From NCBI GenBank assembly GCA_963812185.1, contig CAWEUE010000005.1, forward strand, positions 32,405 to 96,404: a stretch of 64,000 nt of DNA, written 5' to 3'. The stretch is from an uncultured Acidobacteriota bacterium. Lineage in GTDB: Bacteria; Acidobacteriota; Vicinamibacteria; Vicinamibacterales; JAHECP01. The number at the start of each line of letters is the position of its first letter. Position 1 is the stretch's first letter. The position numbers were made by a program, and so were the translations under genes. Of this stretch, positions 11,456 to 22,938 are shown piece by piece. The notes under the pieces are model-generated. The model was not told the origin of the DNA and ran no database searches. It worked only from the letters and a program-made list of their open reading frames with translations.

Positions 11456-11809
11456 ATGCCGAAACGTGGAAGCGCCGCGCTCGAAGGCGAGTTGCTGCAG
11501 GGAACCCTGGACCTGCTCGTCCTGAAGACCCTGCTGCTCGGCCCCGCTCACGGCCACACCATCGCGCACGACATCGAGCACCGCTCGGACGCGGTGCTGC
11601 AGGTCGAATACGGATCGCTCTACCCGGCCCTGCACCGTCTCGAGGACCGGCGATGGATCGCGTCGTACTGGGGCACCTCCGAGAACAACCGCCGCGCGCG
11701 CTACTACCGCCTGACGTCTCTCGGCCGCCGGCAGCTCCTCAAGCAGGAGAGCCGCTGGGACGACCTGGTGCGCGCCGTCAACCGCATCGTCAAGCCTGCC
11801 ACCGAGTGA
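11456..11809 (+). CDS. PadR family transcriptional regulator
   Basis: LDLLVLKTLLLGPAHGHTIAHDI...GSLYPALHRLEDRRWI. It lies 4 nt upstream of an ADOP permease, which is the usual pairing. Confidence 0.85.
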   Translation: MPKRGSAALEGELLQGTLDLLVLKTLLLGPAHGHTIAHDIEHRSDAVLQVEYGSLYPALHRLEDRRWIASYWGTSENNRRARYYRLTSLGRRQLLKQESRWDDLVRAVNRIVKPATE

Positions 11810-11813
11810 TCGC

Positions 11814-14504
11814 ATGGGATGGGCCCGCTTCTTCCGCCGCAGCCGATGGGACGCCGAACGGGCGCGGGAGCTCGAGGCGCACCTCGAGATCGAGACCGAC
11901 GAGCTCATCGCGCGCGGCGTGGCGCCCGACGAGGCCCGGTGGGCCGCGCAGCGCAAGCTGGGGAACCCGCTCCGGATTCGCGAGGAGATCTACGAGATGA
12001 ACACGCTCGCCCTTGTCGAGACCATCTGGCAGGACCTCCGCTACGCGGCGAGACGGCTGCGACACGACCGCGCCTTCACGGCGGTGGCCCTGCTGTCGCT
12101 CATGCTGGGCATCGGCGCCAACACCGCGATCTTCCAGCTGCTCGACGTCGTGCGCCTGCGATCGCTGCCGGTCAAGGACCCGAGCCAGCTCGTGGAGGTG
12201 CGGCCCGCCGGCACCCAGCCACGCCCCGGCAACGTCATCACCCGGTACGCCCAGCTGACCAACCCGCAGTGGGAGCGGCTCCGCGCCGACCAGCGGGCGT
12301 TCTCCAGCATGCTGGCGTGGGCGCCGATGCGTCTCAATCTCGCGGCGGGCGGCGAGGTCAGATACGCGCAGGCCATCCTCGTCAGCGGCGGCTTCTTCGA
12401 GATGCTCGGCGTGTCGGCGTCCCGCGGCCGCCTCCTCGGCGCCGCCGACGACCAGCGCGGCTGCGGCTCGCGCGCGGCGGTCATCAGTGACGCGTTCTGG
12501 CGGCGCGAGTACGGCGGCGCCCCGGACATCGTCGGGCGTCCGATCCGGCTGGAGCACCAGGCGTTCGACATCGTGGGCGTCACGCCGGCGGGCTTCTACG
12601 GCGTCGAGGTGGGCCGCCAGTTCGACGTGGCGGTCCCGATCTGCGCGGCCGCGGTGCTTCGCGGCGACTCCGGCCTGCTCGACGACAGCTTCAACTGGTG
12701 GCTCTCCGCCATGGGACGCCTTCGTCCCGGCTGGTCGGTCGAACAGGCGACCGCGCAGCTGCAGGCGATCTCCCCGGCCCTGTTCCGGGAGACGGCGTCG
12801 GAGCGCCTGGATCCGGAACAGGTCGAGGTGTACCGGAAGTACCGGTTGGAGGCCGTCCCGCGCGGCGGCGGCTTCTCCTCGCTGCGCACGAGGTACGAGG
12901 CGCCGCTGTGGCTGCTCCTTGGACTGTCCGCGCTCGTCCTGCTCGTGGCGTGCGCCAATCTCGCCAACTTGCTGCTGGCGAGGGCGGGCGCCCGCACGCG
13001 TGAGATGGCCGTGCGCCTGGCCATCGGCGCGTCGCGCGGCCGGGTGGTGCGCCAGCTGCTGTCCGAGAGCCTGTTGCTGGCCGCCATCGGCACGCTGCTG
13101 GGCGCCATCCTGGCACGCGAGATCAGCGCCCTGCTGGTCAGGTTCCTGAGCACCGGCCGCGATCCGCTGTCCGTGCCCATCGCCCTCGACTGGCGACTCC
13201 TCGCCTTCACGGCGGCGACGGCGCTCGCGACGACGATGCTCTTCGGGCTCGCGCCGGCGCTGCGCGCGACCTCGGCGCCGCTCGAGTCGGTGATGCGCAT
13301 GAGCAGCCGGGGGCTGAGCGCGGGCCGCGGGCGGTCCGGGTGGCAGCGCGGGCTCGTCGTGGCGCAGGTCGCCCTGTCGCTCGTGATGGTCCTGGTCGCC
13401 CTGCTCTTCACGCTCAGCCTGCGCAACCTGACCGGAGTGAACACCGGTTTCAGCGGCGACAACCTGGCGGTGGCCGACATCGACTTCGGCGGCGCCGCGA
13501 TTCCCGTCGAGCGGCGGCTGCCCCTGCAGCGCGAGCTGGTCGACGGCGTGCGGTCGATTCCCGGCGTGACATCCGCGGCCCAGGTGTCCATCGTGCCGCT
13601 CGGCGGGTGGAGCTGGCGAGACGAGGTGCGGCTGGAGGAGCGCCCCGAGACGCCTCTCCCCGCCAGCTTCAATGCCGTGAGCGCGCGGTACTTCGAGACG
13701 ATGCGGATACCGCTCGCCGCGGGGCGTGATTTCGACGATCGCGACACCAGCGGATCGCCTGCCGTCGCGATCGTCAATCAGACGTTCGCCCGGCGCTATC
13801 TCAAAGGCCTGCCGGTCATCGGGCAGCGGATTCAGATACGGACCGGACCGCAGCAGTGGTCGACCATGGAGATCGTCGGCCTGGTGAACGACACGACCTA
13901 CGCCGATCTGAGGCAGCCGTTCCCGCCGATCGTCTACAGGGCCGCGGCGCAGGAGCGCGACCCCGGCACGGACCTTCGCGTCGTGCTGCGATCGGGGCTG
14001 TCGCTGGCCGGGGTGCGGTCCGCGGTCGCGAAGATGGCCGCGAGCCACGATCCCCGGATCACGTTGAGCTTCCGCGCCTTCCCGACCATGGTGCGCGAGA
14101 CGCTCCTGCGGGACTGGCTGATGGCCACCCTGTCGGGGTTCTTCGGCGTGCTGGCCATCGTGCTGGCCAGCATCGGGCTCTACGGCGTGATGGCCTACAT
14201 GGTGGCCCGCCGCCGAAGCGAGATCGGCATCCGTCTCGCGCTCGGAGCCAGCCGGCGATCCATCGTCCGGATGGTGATGCGAGAGGCCATCGTCCTGGTG
14301 GGCATCGGCCTGGCGCTCGGCGCCCTGCTGGCGCTGGTCGCGTCCAGGGCGGCGACGGCGATGCTGTTCGACGTGAGGCCGACCGATCCGATCGCCGTCA
14401 CCGCCGCCGTCGGTCTGCTGACGACGGTCGGGTTCATCGCCAGCTACCTGCCCGCCCGCCGGGCCGCGCGGCTTCAGCCCACGCACGTCCTCCCGGAGGA
14501 CTGA
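11814..14504 (+). CDS. ADOP-family duplicated FtsX/MacB-type ABC permease (896 aa)
   Basis: The N-terminal MGWARFFRRSRWDAERARELEAHLE extension is followed by WQDLRYAARRLRHDRAFTAVALLSLMLGIGANTAIF. It has two FtsX-like TM bundles and is intact over 2.7 kb. Confidence 0.85.
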   Translation: MGWARFFRRSRWDAERARELEAHLEIETDELIARGVAPDEARWAAQRKLGNPLRIREEIYEMNTLALVETIWQDLRYAARRLRHDRAFTAVALLSLMLGIGANTAIFQLLDVVRLRSLPVKDPSQLVEVRPAGTQPRPGNVITRYAQLTNPQWERLRADQRAFSSMLAWAPMRLNLAAGGEVRYAQAILVSGGFFEMLGVSASRGRLLGAADDQRGCGSRAAVISDAFWRREYGGAPDIVGRPIRLEHQAFDIVGVTPAGFYGVEVGRQFDVAVPICAAAVLRGDSGLLDDSFNWWLSAMGRLRPGWSVEQATAQLQAISPALFRETASERLDPEQVEVYRKYRLEAVPRGGGFSSLRTRYEAPLWLLLGLSALVLLVACANLANLLLARAGARTREMAVRLAIGASRGRVVRQLLSESLLLAAIGTLLGAILAREISALLVRFLSTGRDPLSVPIALDWRLLAFTAATALATTMLFGLAPALRATSAPLESVMRMSSRGLSAGRGRSGWQRGLVVAQVALSLVMVLVALLFTLSLRNLTGVNTGFSGDNLAVADIDFGGAAIPVERRLPLQRELVDGVRSIPGVTSAAQVSIVPLGGWSWRDEVRLEERPETPLPASFNAVSARYFETMRIPLAAGRDFDDRDTSGSPAVAIVNQTFARRYLKGLPVIGQRIQIRTGPQQWSTMEIVGLVNDTTYADLRQPFPPIVYRAAAQERDPGTDLRVVLRSGLSLAGVRSAVAKMAASHDPRITLSFRAFPTMVRETLLRDWLMATLSGFFGVLAIVLASIGLYGVMAYMVARRRSEIGIRLALGASRRSIVRMVMREAIVLVGIGLALGALLALVASRAATAMLFDVRPTDPIAVTAAVGLLTTVGFIASYLPARRAARLQPTHVLPED

Positions 14505-14567
14505 GGAGCGGATTCACAACCCGATGGGGCGGGTAAGCGGACCTGTCGGTCGGCGGGAACTTTGATT

Positions 14568-14586
14568 TAATCCAATCTTTGGATTA
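14568..14586. promoter_or_regulatory. AT-rich inverted repeat TAATCCAA-tct-TTGGATTA, candidate Fur-family operator
   Basis: Perfect 8-bp arms in the only AT-rich patch of the intergenic region, 13 nt upstream of the furA start. Confidence 0.55.
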
Positions 14587-14598
14587 TTCTACCGTCCC

Positions 14599-17397
<2,799 letters not shown>

Positions 17398-17432
17398 TGA
17401 TCGGCTTAACCGAACGGCTCGTCGAGACGACG

Positions 17433-18053
17433 ATGTGGCTGGCCGTCGTGGGGCTGGTCCAGGCGGGATGCGCGGCGGCGCCCGGCAACCCGGCCGATCC
17501 ACAGACGCCGTCGTGCCTGGAGCACGCCACGTTCGGCGACCCGGCCGACTCGCCCTATCGGCTTCCGTACCCGGCCGGGAAGACCTACGAGGTCTTCCAG
17601 ACCTACTGCGGTCCGGTCAGTCACGGGCGCGACGGGCAGATGTCGATCGACTTCCTCATGCCGGTCGGGGCGGTGGTCGCCGCCGCCCGCGACGGCGTCG
17701 TGAGGCGCGTCATCGACGGGTATCCCGACGGAGGCCGCCGCTTCAACGGCATCTACATCGAGCACCCGGACGGGTCGTCGTCTTTCTATGGTCACCTCGA
17801 GAAGGGCAGCATCGCCGTGAAGGTGGGCGAGACGGTGTCGGCGGGCCAAGCCGTCGCGCGCAGCGGCTCGTCGGGCACGTCGCTGCCCCACCTGCACTTC
17901 GGCGTCGCCCGGACCTGGCCCGTCCGCCATCCCGACGATCTGCCGGTGAACTTCAACAACGCGGACGGCCCGCTCGACGAGCGCGGCGGCCTCGTTCGCG
18001 CGGCGTCCTACCGCGCGCTGCCCGACGCGCGCGAGCCGAGGTCCGATCGGTAG
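17433..18053 (+). CDS. M23 family metallopeptidase, lipoprotein
   Basis: Lipobox LVQAGC. Motifs SIDFLMPVG, IEHPDGSSSFYGHL and SLPHLHFGV are present. Confidence 0.8.
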   Translation: MWLAVVGLVQAGCAAAPGNPADPQTPSCLEHATFGDPADSPYRLPYPAGKTYEVFQTYCGPVSHGRDGQMSIDFLMPVGAVVAAARDGVVRRVIDGYPDGGRRFNGIYIEHPDGSSSFYGHLEKGSIAVKVGETVSAGQAVARSGSSGTSLPHLHFGVARTWPVRHPDDLPVNFNNADGPLDERGGLVRAASYRALPDAREPRSDR

Positions 18054-18126
18054 AGAAGGGGTTCGACGGTCGCGTGCTCCTCTGGGAGTCGATCGCGGGC
18101 CGTGCCGGACGGCGTCTTCGTCCGGT

Positions 18127-18154
18127 CGGATCGAGCCCATCCGGGCTCGATCCG
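18127..18154. terminator. 12-bp hairpin CGGATCGAGCCC-atcc-GGGCTCGATCCG, second copy of the REP-like stem
   Basis: It lies between the M23 gene stop (18053) and the convergent csp stop (18209). Confidence 0.5.
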
Positions 18155-18208
18155 CCCGACGCGAGATGGTGTCGCGGGTCGTGAGAGACCCGGCGGGGCG
18201 CCGGCCCC

Positions 18209-18415
18209 TCAGGCCAGTCTGACGTCTTCTGCGCGGGGGCCCTTCGGACCCTGCCCCTTCTCGAAGGTCACGGCCTGACCTTCCTGCAGGTCGTCGAACT
18301 GCACGCCGTTGCAGGCGGACTGGTGGAAGAAGTACTCGTTGCCGTCTTCCGCCGCCACGAACCCGAAACCCTTGCCGCTCACCAGCCGCTTGATCGTCCC
18401 GTTCGTTGGTGCCAT
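18209..18415 (-). CDS. cspA: cold-shock protein, CspA family (68 aa), paralog of 11006-11212
   Basis: It differs from the first copy at 7 of 68 residues. An AGGAG RBS is present. Confidence 0.92.
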   Translation of the reverse strand: MAPTNGTIKRLVSGKGFGFVAAEDGNEYFFHQSACNGVQFDDLQEGQAVTFEKGQGPKGPRAEDVRLA

Positions 18416-18653
18416 GACCGCTCCTGTCGAATTGACGGTGCCCCGTCGTGTCGTTCTGCCTCGCCGAACCCGCCGCGCCCTCCCACCAACCTCACCGGCC
18501 GTCCCCGGCCCGCCCTTCCGGTGTCCGGCGCGGGGACGCGGGGGAATGCACCCCCGCAGTGACCGAAGCTCTGATGACGCTGAGGCAGGATCCCGGCGGA
18601 CGCCGGGGCGGCGACAGGGTTCAGAAAAGCAGAATCGGCAGGCAGTATAGCAC
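18416..18653 (-). promoter_or_regulatory. csp promoter (TGCTATACT at 18644-18652) plus ~225-nt leader carrying a ~94-nt GC-rich insertion relative to copy 1
   Basis: Conserved blocks at 18567-18653 and 18423-18439 match the first csp leader. The spacer between them is 127 nt here and 33 nt in copy 1. Confidence 0.55.
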
Positions 18654-18761
18654 GTTTCTGGGCCCGGGCGCCGTGGTTCCGCCGCGCCGGGCGTTCTCCT
18701 GGGCCGCTTGGGAGCCGGGCGGGCAGCCACGCGGCGCCGGCGGATGGGCTGCTCCGCGGCT

Positions 18762-20153
18762 TCAGCGCTCGCGGTAGACGTACGGCTCCATGACCGAGCC
18801 CAGGCGCCTCAGCGCGCTCATCGTCCGCGACATGAACAGCAGCGCGTCGGGCGACGCGTACCGGTCGATGGCGGGCGTCCACGTCGCCACGAGCTTCGCC
18901 CGCGCCCGCGCCTGCGCGACGAAGTCGTTGCCGGCCGTCTGCATCTCCCGCGTGAAGGTCGGCATCGAGGCGAGCAGGGGGCGCGTGTCGATCCCGAGAT
19001 ACGCGTCGATGCCCTTCGTCATTCCGGAGAGGTCGCGGCGGATGCCGCGCATCTCTCCGGCCAGCGACTGCCCCTGACGGGCATCGAGGCCGCCTTCCCG
19101 GGTGATCCAGGTTATCGTGCTCGTGAGCGCGACGGACAGCGTGCGCCCGTGCCGCGCGAACTGGTCGCTGTCGTCGAGAAACACCTTGAACGAGCCGAAG
19201 GCCTTGCGCTCGAGCGGCTCGAGCAGCTGGCGGGCCGCGGCCGGATCGTTCTGGAGGGTCCGATCCCCGAGGAGCTGCTGATAGAAGGGACGCAGCGCCA
19301 TGAACGCCAGCTGCGTGGCGTACGCCGAACGTTGCATCCCGTCGAGGATCGCGGCCATGCCCGCCGACTCGCCCATGAACCGTTCGAAGATCTCGGCCGC
19401 GTCGGGGTTCACGACGACCGCGCTCCGCAGATTGCTCCAGGGCCTCGCCAGGAGCCCGAGAGGCGGCCATCTCACGTCGCCCGGCGCGGCGTTGACATGA
19501 GTCCAGCCGATCTGGTGGAGATACTTCGTCGGGATCGCCCAGCCGATGCCACCTCCTTCCTCATAGCTCCCGAAGAGCACGCCGACGACCCCTCGCGAAC
19601 CGACGACGGGCCCGCCGCTCAGGCCGGAGTAGATGGAGAGATCGAGCTGGATGACGTCGAGCGGGTGCTGGAACAGCCGGCCTCCGAGCCGGTCGCGGAT
19701 CGACTCGGCGTGGATGAATTCCGGGCTCGTGGACCGTCCCTGGAACCGCCCGAGCATTCCGTTGCGCGGAAAGCCGGCCAGCTCGAGGTCGCCTGAGAGG
19801 CTCGAGCTGTAGTCGATCGGCAGCGAGGGCGTCTTGTCGATGGGGTGCTTCACCCGCAGCACCGCGAGGTCGAACGCCGGCGCAATCCGCTCCACCTGGA
19901 CGTCCGTGACCGTTCCGAGCCTGCCGGAGGATACGACCGTGATCGTATCCGCGCCCTCGACGACGTGGTACGCGGTGATCACCTGGCCGTGGTCGTCGCT
20001 GAAGAACCCCGTGCCCTGGTCGCCGTTCACCGCCGAGGCCCGCTTCACGACGAGCTTCACGATCGGGCCCTCGGGCACGGCGTCCGGCCGGACGGCCAGC
20101 AGCGCGACGGGAACCGAGACGCCGACGATCAGCGCGGGGACCAGGGGCTTCAC
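18762..20153 (-). CDS. trypsin-like (S1/S1C) serine protease with N-terminal anchor and ~240-aa helical C-terminal domain of unknown function
   Basis: GTGFFSDDHGQVITAYHVV (His) and IYSGLSGGPVV (Ser) are present. The start is GTG at 20153. I recognise nothing in the C-terminal half. Confidence 0.75.
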   Translation of the reverse strand: MKPLVPALIVGVSVPVALLAVRPDAVPEGPIVKLVVKRASAVNGDQGTGFFSDDHGQVITAYHVVEGADTITVVSSGRLGTVTDVQVERIAPAFDLAVLRVKHPIDKTPSLPIDYSSSLSGDLELAGFPRNGMLGRFQGRSTSPEFIHAESIRDRLGGRLFQHPLDVIQLDLSIYSGLSGGPVVGSRGVVGVLFGSYEEGGGIGWAIPTKYLHQIGWTHVNAAPGDVRWPPLGLLARPWSNLRSAVVVNPDAAEIFERFMGESAGMAAILDGMQRSAYATQLAFMALRPFYQQLLGDRTLQNDPAAARQLLEPLERKAFGSFKVFLDDSDQFARHGRTLSVALTSTITWITREGGLDARQGQSLAGEMRGIRRDLSGMTKGIDAYLGIDTRPLLASMPTFTREMQTAGNDFVAQARARAKLVATWTPAIDRYASPDALLFMSRTMSALRRLGSVMEPYVYRER

Positions 20154-20578
20154 TGGCCCTCCGTTCCGGCGGTCGTGACCAGCCGATACAGGGCCTCGTA
20201 CGCCCGCTCGGCGGTCAGCTCTCCGCTCTTGTACTGCCCGTCGATCAGGTTGGCCCGCGACAGGACGTTCGAGCGGAGTACGGTCTCCCCGACGACCTGT
20301 CCGCCGCCGGGGCCCGTCGTCGTCCGATGCGAGACGCCGAGCCCGGCGCTGATGCCGGCGACAACGATCACCGCCCCGAAGAGGGCGAAGAACGTGCCGG
20401 GCGCCGCCTGCTTCAGCAGGAGGCTCCGATCGCCCCAGGCGGCCTTGAGATCGCCGGCGCGCTCGTAGACGCCGACCGAGAAGAGCCGATAGCCCATTGC
20501 CAAGGCCGCGAGCCCGCAGAAGACCGTGGCGGCCCTGAAGAAGGCGACGACGATGGTGAGCTGGACCAACTCAGTCAT
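20150..20578 (-). CDS. membrane protein (142 aa, ~3 TM) translationally coupled to the protease
   Basis: ATG at 20578. The stop overlaps the protease GTG (GTGA). Hydrophobic segments include LTIVVAFFRAATVFCGLAALAMG and GTFFALFGAVIVVAGISAGLG. Confidence 0.6.
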   Translation of the reverse strand: MTELVQLTIVVAFFRAATVFCGLAALAMGYRLFSVGVYERAGDLKAAWGDRSLLLKQAAPGTFFALFGAVIVVAGISAGLGVSHRTTTGPGGGQVVGETVLRSNVLSRANLIDGQYKSGELTAERAYEALYRLVTTAGTEGQ

Positions 20579-20744
20579 GGCGCGTCTCCGCGTGATCGGC
20601 CTCGACGGTCGCGCGGAACGGCCGTCGCGGCCCCCGGGCGGCGCCGGCCGCAGCCAGCCGGCGGCAGGATCGAAGATTCGCCGGAATGGACGGATTTCGC
20701 GACAAGTTTGGGGTGAATCGTGGCGCCTGTCAAGGCGGGCGTGG

Positions 20745-20924
20745 CGGCGCCACGACACGCGCGAGTCGCCGACGCCGAGGGACGCGTGGAGTTCGAGGAC
20801 GATCCTTTACAAGGCCGCTGCCGGCGGCCGCGCCATGGCGGTCCTGACCGAGTGAGACCTCTATCAGGGCCTCGATTTCCGGCGGATTCTCGACTCGATG
20901 GAGCAGCCCGCGTTCGTGTTCGAT
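20745..20924 (+). pseudogene. orphan 3' fragment of a UDP-glucose dehydrogenase paralog
   Basis: About 180 nt align by eye to 22213-22392 of the intact ugd ([13 protein letters not shown]...[16 protein letters not shown]), with an indel and an in-frame TGA. Homology ends abruptly at 20924, where the hairpin repeat begins. Confidence 0.7.
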
Positions 20925-20925
20925 A

Positions 20926-20990
20926 AGGTGTGCGCTACGAAAGAGCAGGTGACGTGGCGCAGGGCTTCAGCCCTGCGCCGTGAGGGCGCA
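20926..20990. repeat. degenerate single copy of the 72-bp triple-hairpin repeat unit
   Basis: AAGGTGTGCGCTACGAAAGAGCAGGTGACGTGGCGCAGGGCTTCAGCCCTGCGCCGTGAGGGCGCA aligns with GGTCTGCGCTACGTACGGAAGATGGTACGTAGCGCAGGGCTTCAGCCCTGCGTCGTGCGGCGCA at 42.2-42.4 kb. Confidence 0.65.
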
Positions 20991-21099
20991 CACCTCGGTG
21001 CCCGCGCCACGCGAGGAGGGCTGGGTCGGGCGACGTTCGTCCTCTTGTGGCGGCACGGTGAGTGTGTTAAGAGGAGAGAGCCTTCGAGCCCGATCGCCC

Positions 21100-22477
21100 A
21101 TGAGTCACGCACTGCGAATCCTCTGCATCGGCGCCGGCTACGTCGGGGGACCCACCATGGCGGTGATCGCCGATCGCTGTCCCCACATCCGGGTCACAGT
21201 GACCGACGTCAACCACCAGCGGATCGAGGCGTGGAACAGCGACGCCCTGCCCATCTACGAGCCGGGCCTGGACGCGGTCGTGCGCCGGGCGCGGGGGCGC
21301 AATCTCTTCTTCTCGACCGACGTCGCGACCGGCATCCGGGAGGCCGACGTGATCTTCGTGTCGGTCAACACGCCGACCAAGTCCTTCGGGGAGGGGGCCG
21401 GCCGCGCGGCCGATCTGCAGGTACTGGGAGAAGACGGCGCGCGAGATCGTCGCGCACGCGGATGCGGGCAAGATCGTCGTCGAGAAGTCGACGCTGCCGG
21501 TCCGGACCGCGGCCGCGATGACGCGCATTCTGGCGTCGAACCGCAAGGGCCTCGAGTTCCAGATCCTGTCGAATCCGGAGTTCCTCGCCGAGGGCACGGC
21601 CATCCGCGACCTCGAGGAGCCCGACCGGGTGCTGATCGGCTCGGAGGAGACCGCCGCCGGCCTCGAGGCCCGCCGCACGCTGGTCGAGCTCTACGCGACC
21701 TGGGTCCCGCGTGACCGGATCATCGAGTCCAGCGTCTGGAGCGCGGAGCTGTCGAAGCTGACGGCCAACGCGTTCCTCGCGCAGCGGATCTCGTCGATCA
21801 ACGCGATCTCCGCGCTGTGCGAGCAGGCCGGCGCCGACGTGGCGGAAGTCGCCCACGCGATCGGCACCGACTCGCGGATCGGACCGAAGTTCCTCAGGGC
21901 GAGCGTCGGCTTCGGCGGGTCGTGCTTCAAGAAGGACATCCTGAACCTGGTGTACATCGCGCAGGGCTACGGCCTGCAGGAGGTTGCCGACTACTGGGAA
22001 TCCGTCATCCGCATGAACGAGTGGCAGCAGGCCCGCTTCGTCCGCACCATGGTGGCCAGCATGTTCAACACGGTGGCGGGTAAGCGCATCGCGCTGTTCG
22101 GCGTCGCGTTCAAGGCCGACACCAGCGACACGCGCGAGTCGCCGGCGCTGGCGGTGGCGCGCGGGCTGCTCGCCGAGCACGCCCGCGTCGTGATCACCGA
22201 TCCCAGGGCGCTCCCGACGGCACGCGTGGATCTCGCCGACGCCAAGGGACGCGTCGAGTTCGAGGACGATCCCTACAAGGCCGCTGCCGGCGCCCACGCC
22301 ATTGCGGTCCTGACCGAGTGGGGCCTCTATCGGGGCCTCGACTTCCGGCGGATTCTCGACTCGATGGAGCAGCCCGCGTTCGTGTTCGATGGGCGCAACG
22401 TCCTCGATCACGCGGCGCTCTTCGAGATGGGGTTCAACGTATTCCCCGTCGGCCAGGCGCCGCTCCGGCACGTCTGA
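21100..22477 (+). CDS. ugd: UDP-glucose 6-dehydrogenase (eukaryote-like UGDH type); +1 frameshift at 21421
   Basis: [35 protein letters not shown] | [19 protein letters not shown] and [14 protein letters not shown] are present. Confidence 0.88.
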
Positions 22478-22497
22478 GGCGGTCCGCCGGGCCCGCG

Positions 22498-22797
22498 CTA
22501 CCCGCCGGCAATCGCGCCGATGATCAGGAAGGGCTCGCGGCCGCTCGCCACCTCGTCCGGCAGCGGCGCGTCCGGCGGGTCGTGCGAGACGTCCTGGGAA
22601 CAGGCGAAGTAACGCACGAACGGCCGGCGGCGCAGGGAGACGTGATCGCGGATCGTGCCCTGCAGCACGGGGTAGCGCGCCTCCAGCGCGTCGAGGATCG
22701 CGCGCGGCGTCGCGGCGCCTTCCACCTCGACCGCGACCTCGCCGTTCACCCGCACCAGCGTCTTCAGGTGCGCCGGCAGCTCCACACGGATGGTCAT
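22498..22797 (-). CDS. MoaD/ThiS-family ubiquitin-like protein ending in Gly-Gly
   Basis: 99 aa with a C-terminal ...IIGAIAGG*. The length and GG terminus fit sulfur-carrier / Ubl proteins. Confidence 0.7.
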   Translation of the reverse strand: MTIRVELPAHLKTLVRVNGEVAVEVEGAATPRAILDALEARYPVLQGTIRDHVSLRRRPFVRYFACSQDVSHDPPDAPLPDEVASGREPFLIIGAIAGG

Positions 22798-22819
22798 GGT
22801 GTAACTCTGTCAGTCGTCA

Positions 22820-22929
22820 GTTGTGAGTTGTGAGTCATGAGTTATGAGTTGTGAGTTCTGAGTTATGAGCGACTCAGGACTCAGAACTCAGAACTCACGA
22901 CTCGGAACTCAAGACTCAAGACTCACAAC
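22820..22929. repeat. palindromic heptamer array: 7 x GTTNTGA, centre gcgac, 8 x TCANNAC
   Basis: Read directly from the sequence. It is markedly AT-richer than its surroundings and fills most of the 141-nt gap between two co-oriented genes. It places TGA in all three frames on both strands. Confidence 0.85.
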
Positions 22930-22938
22930 CAACGTCAG

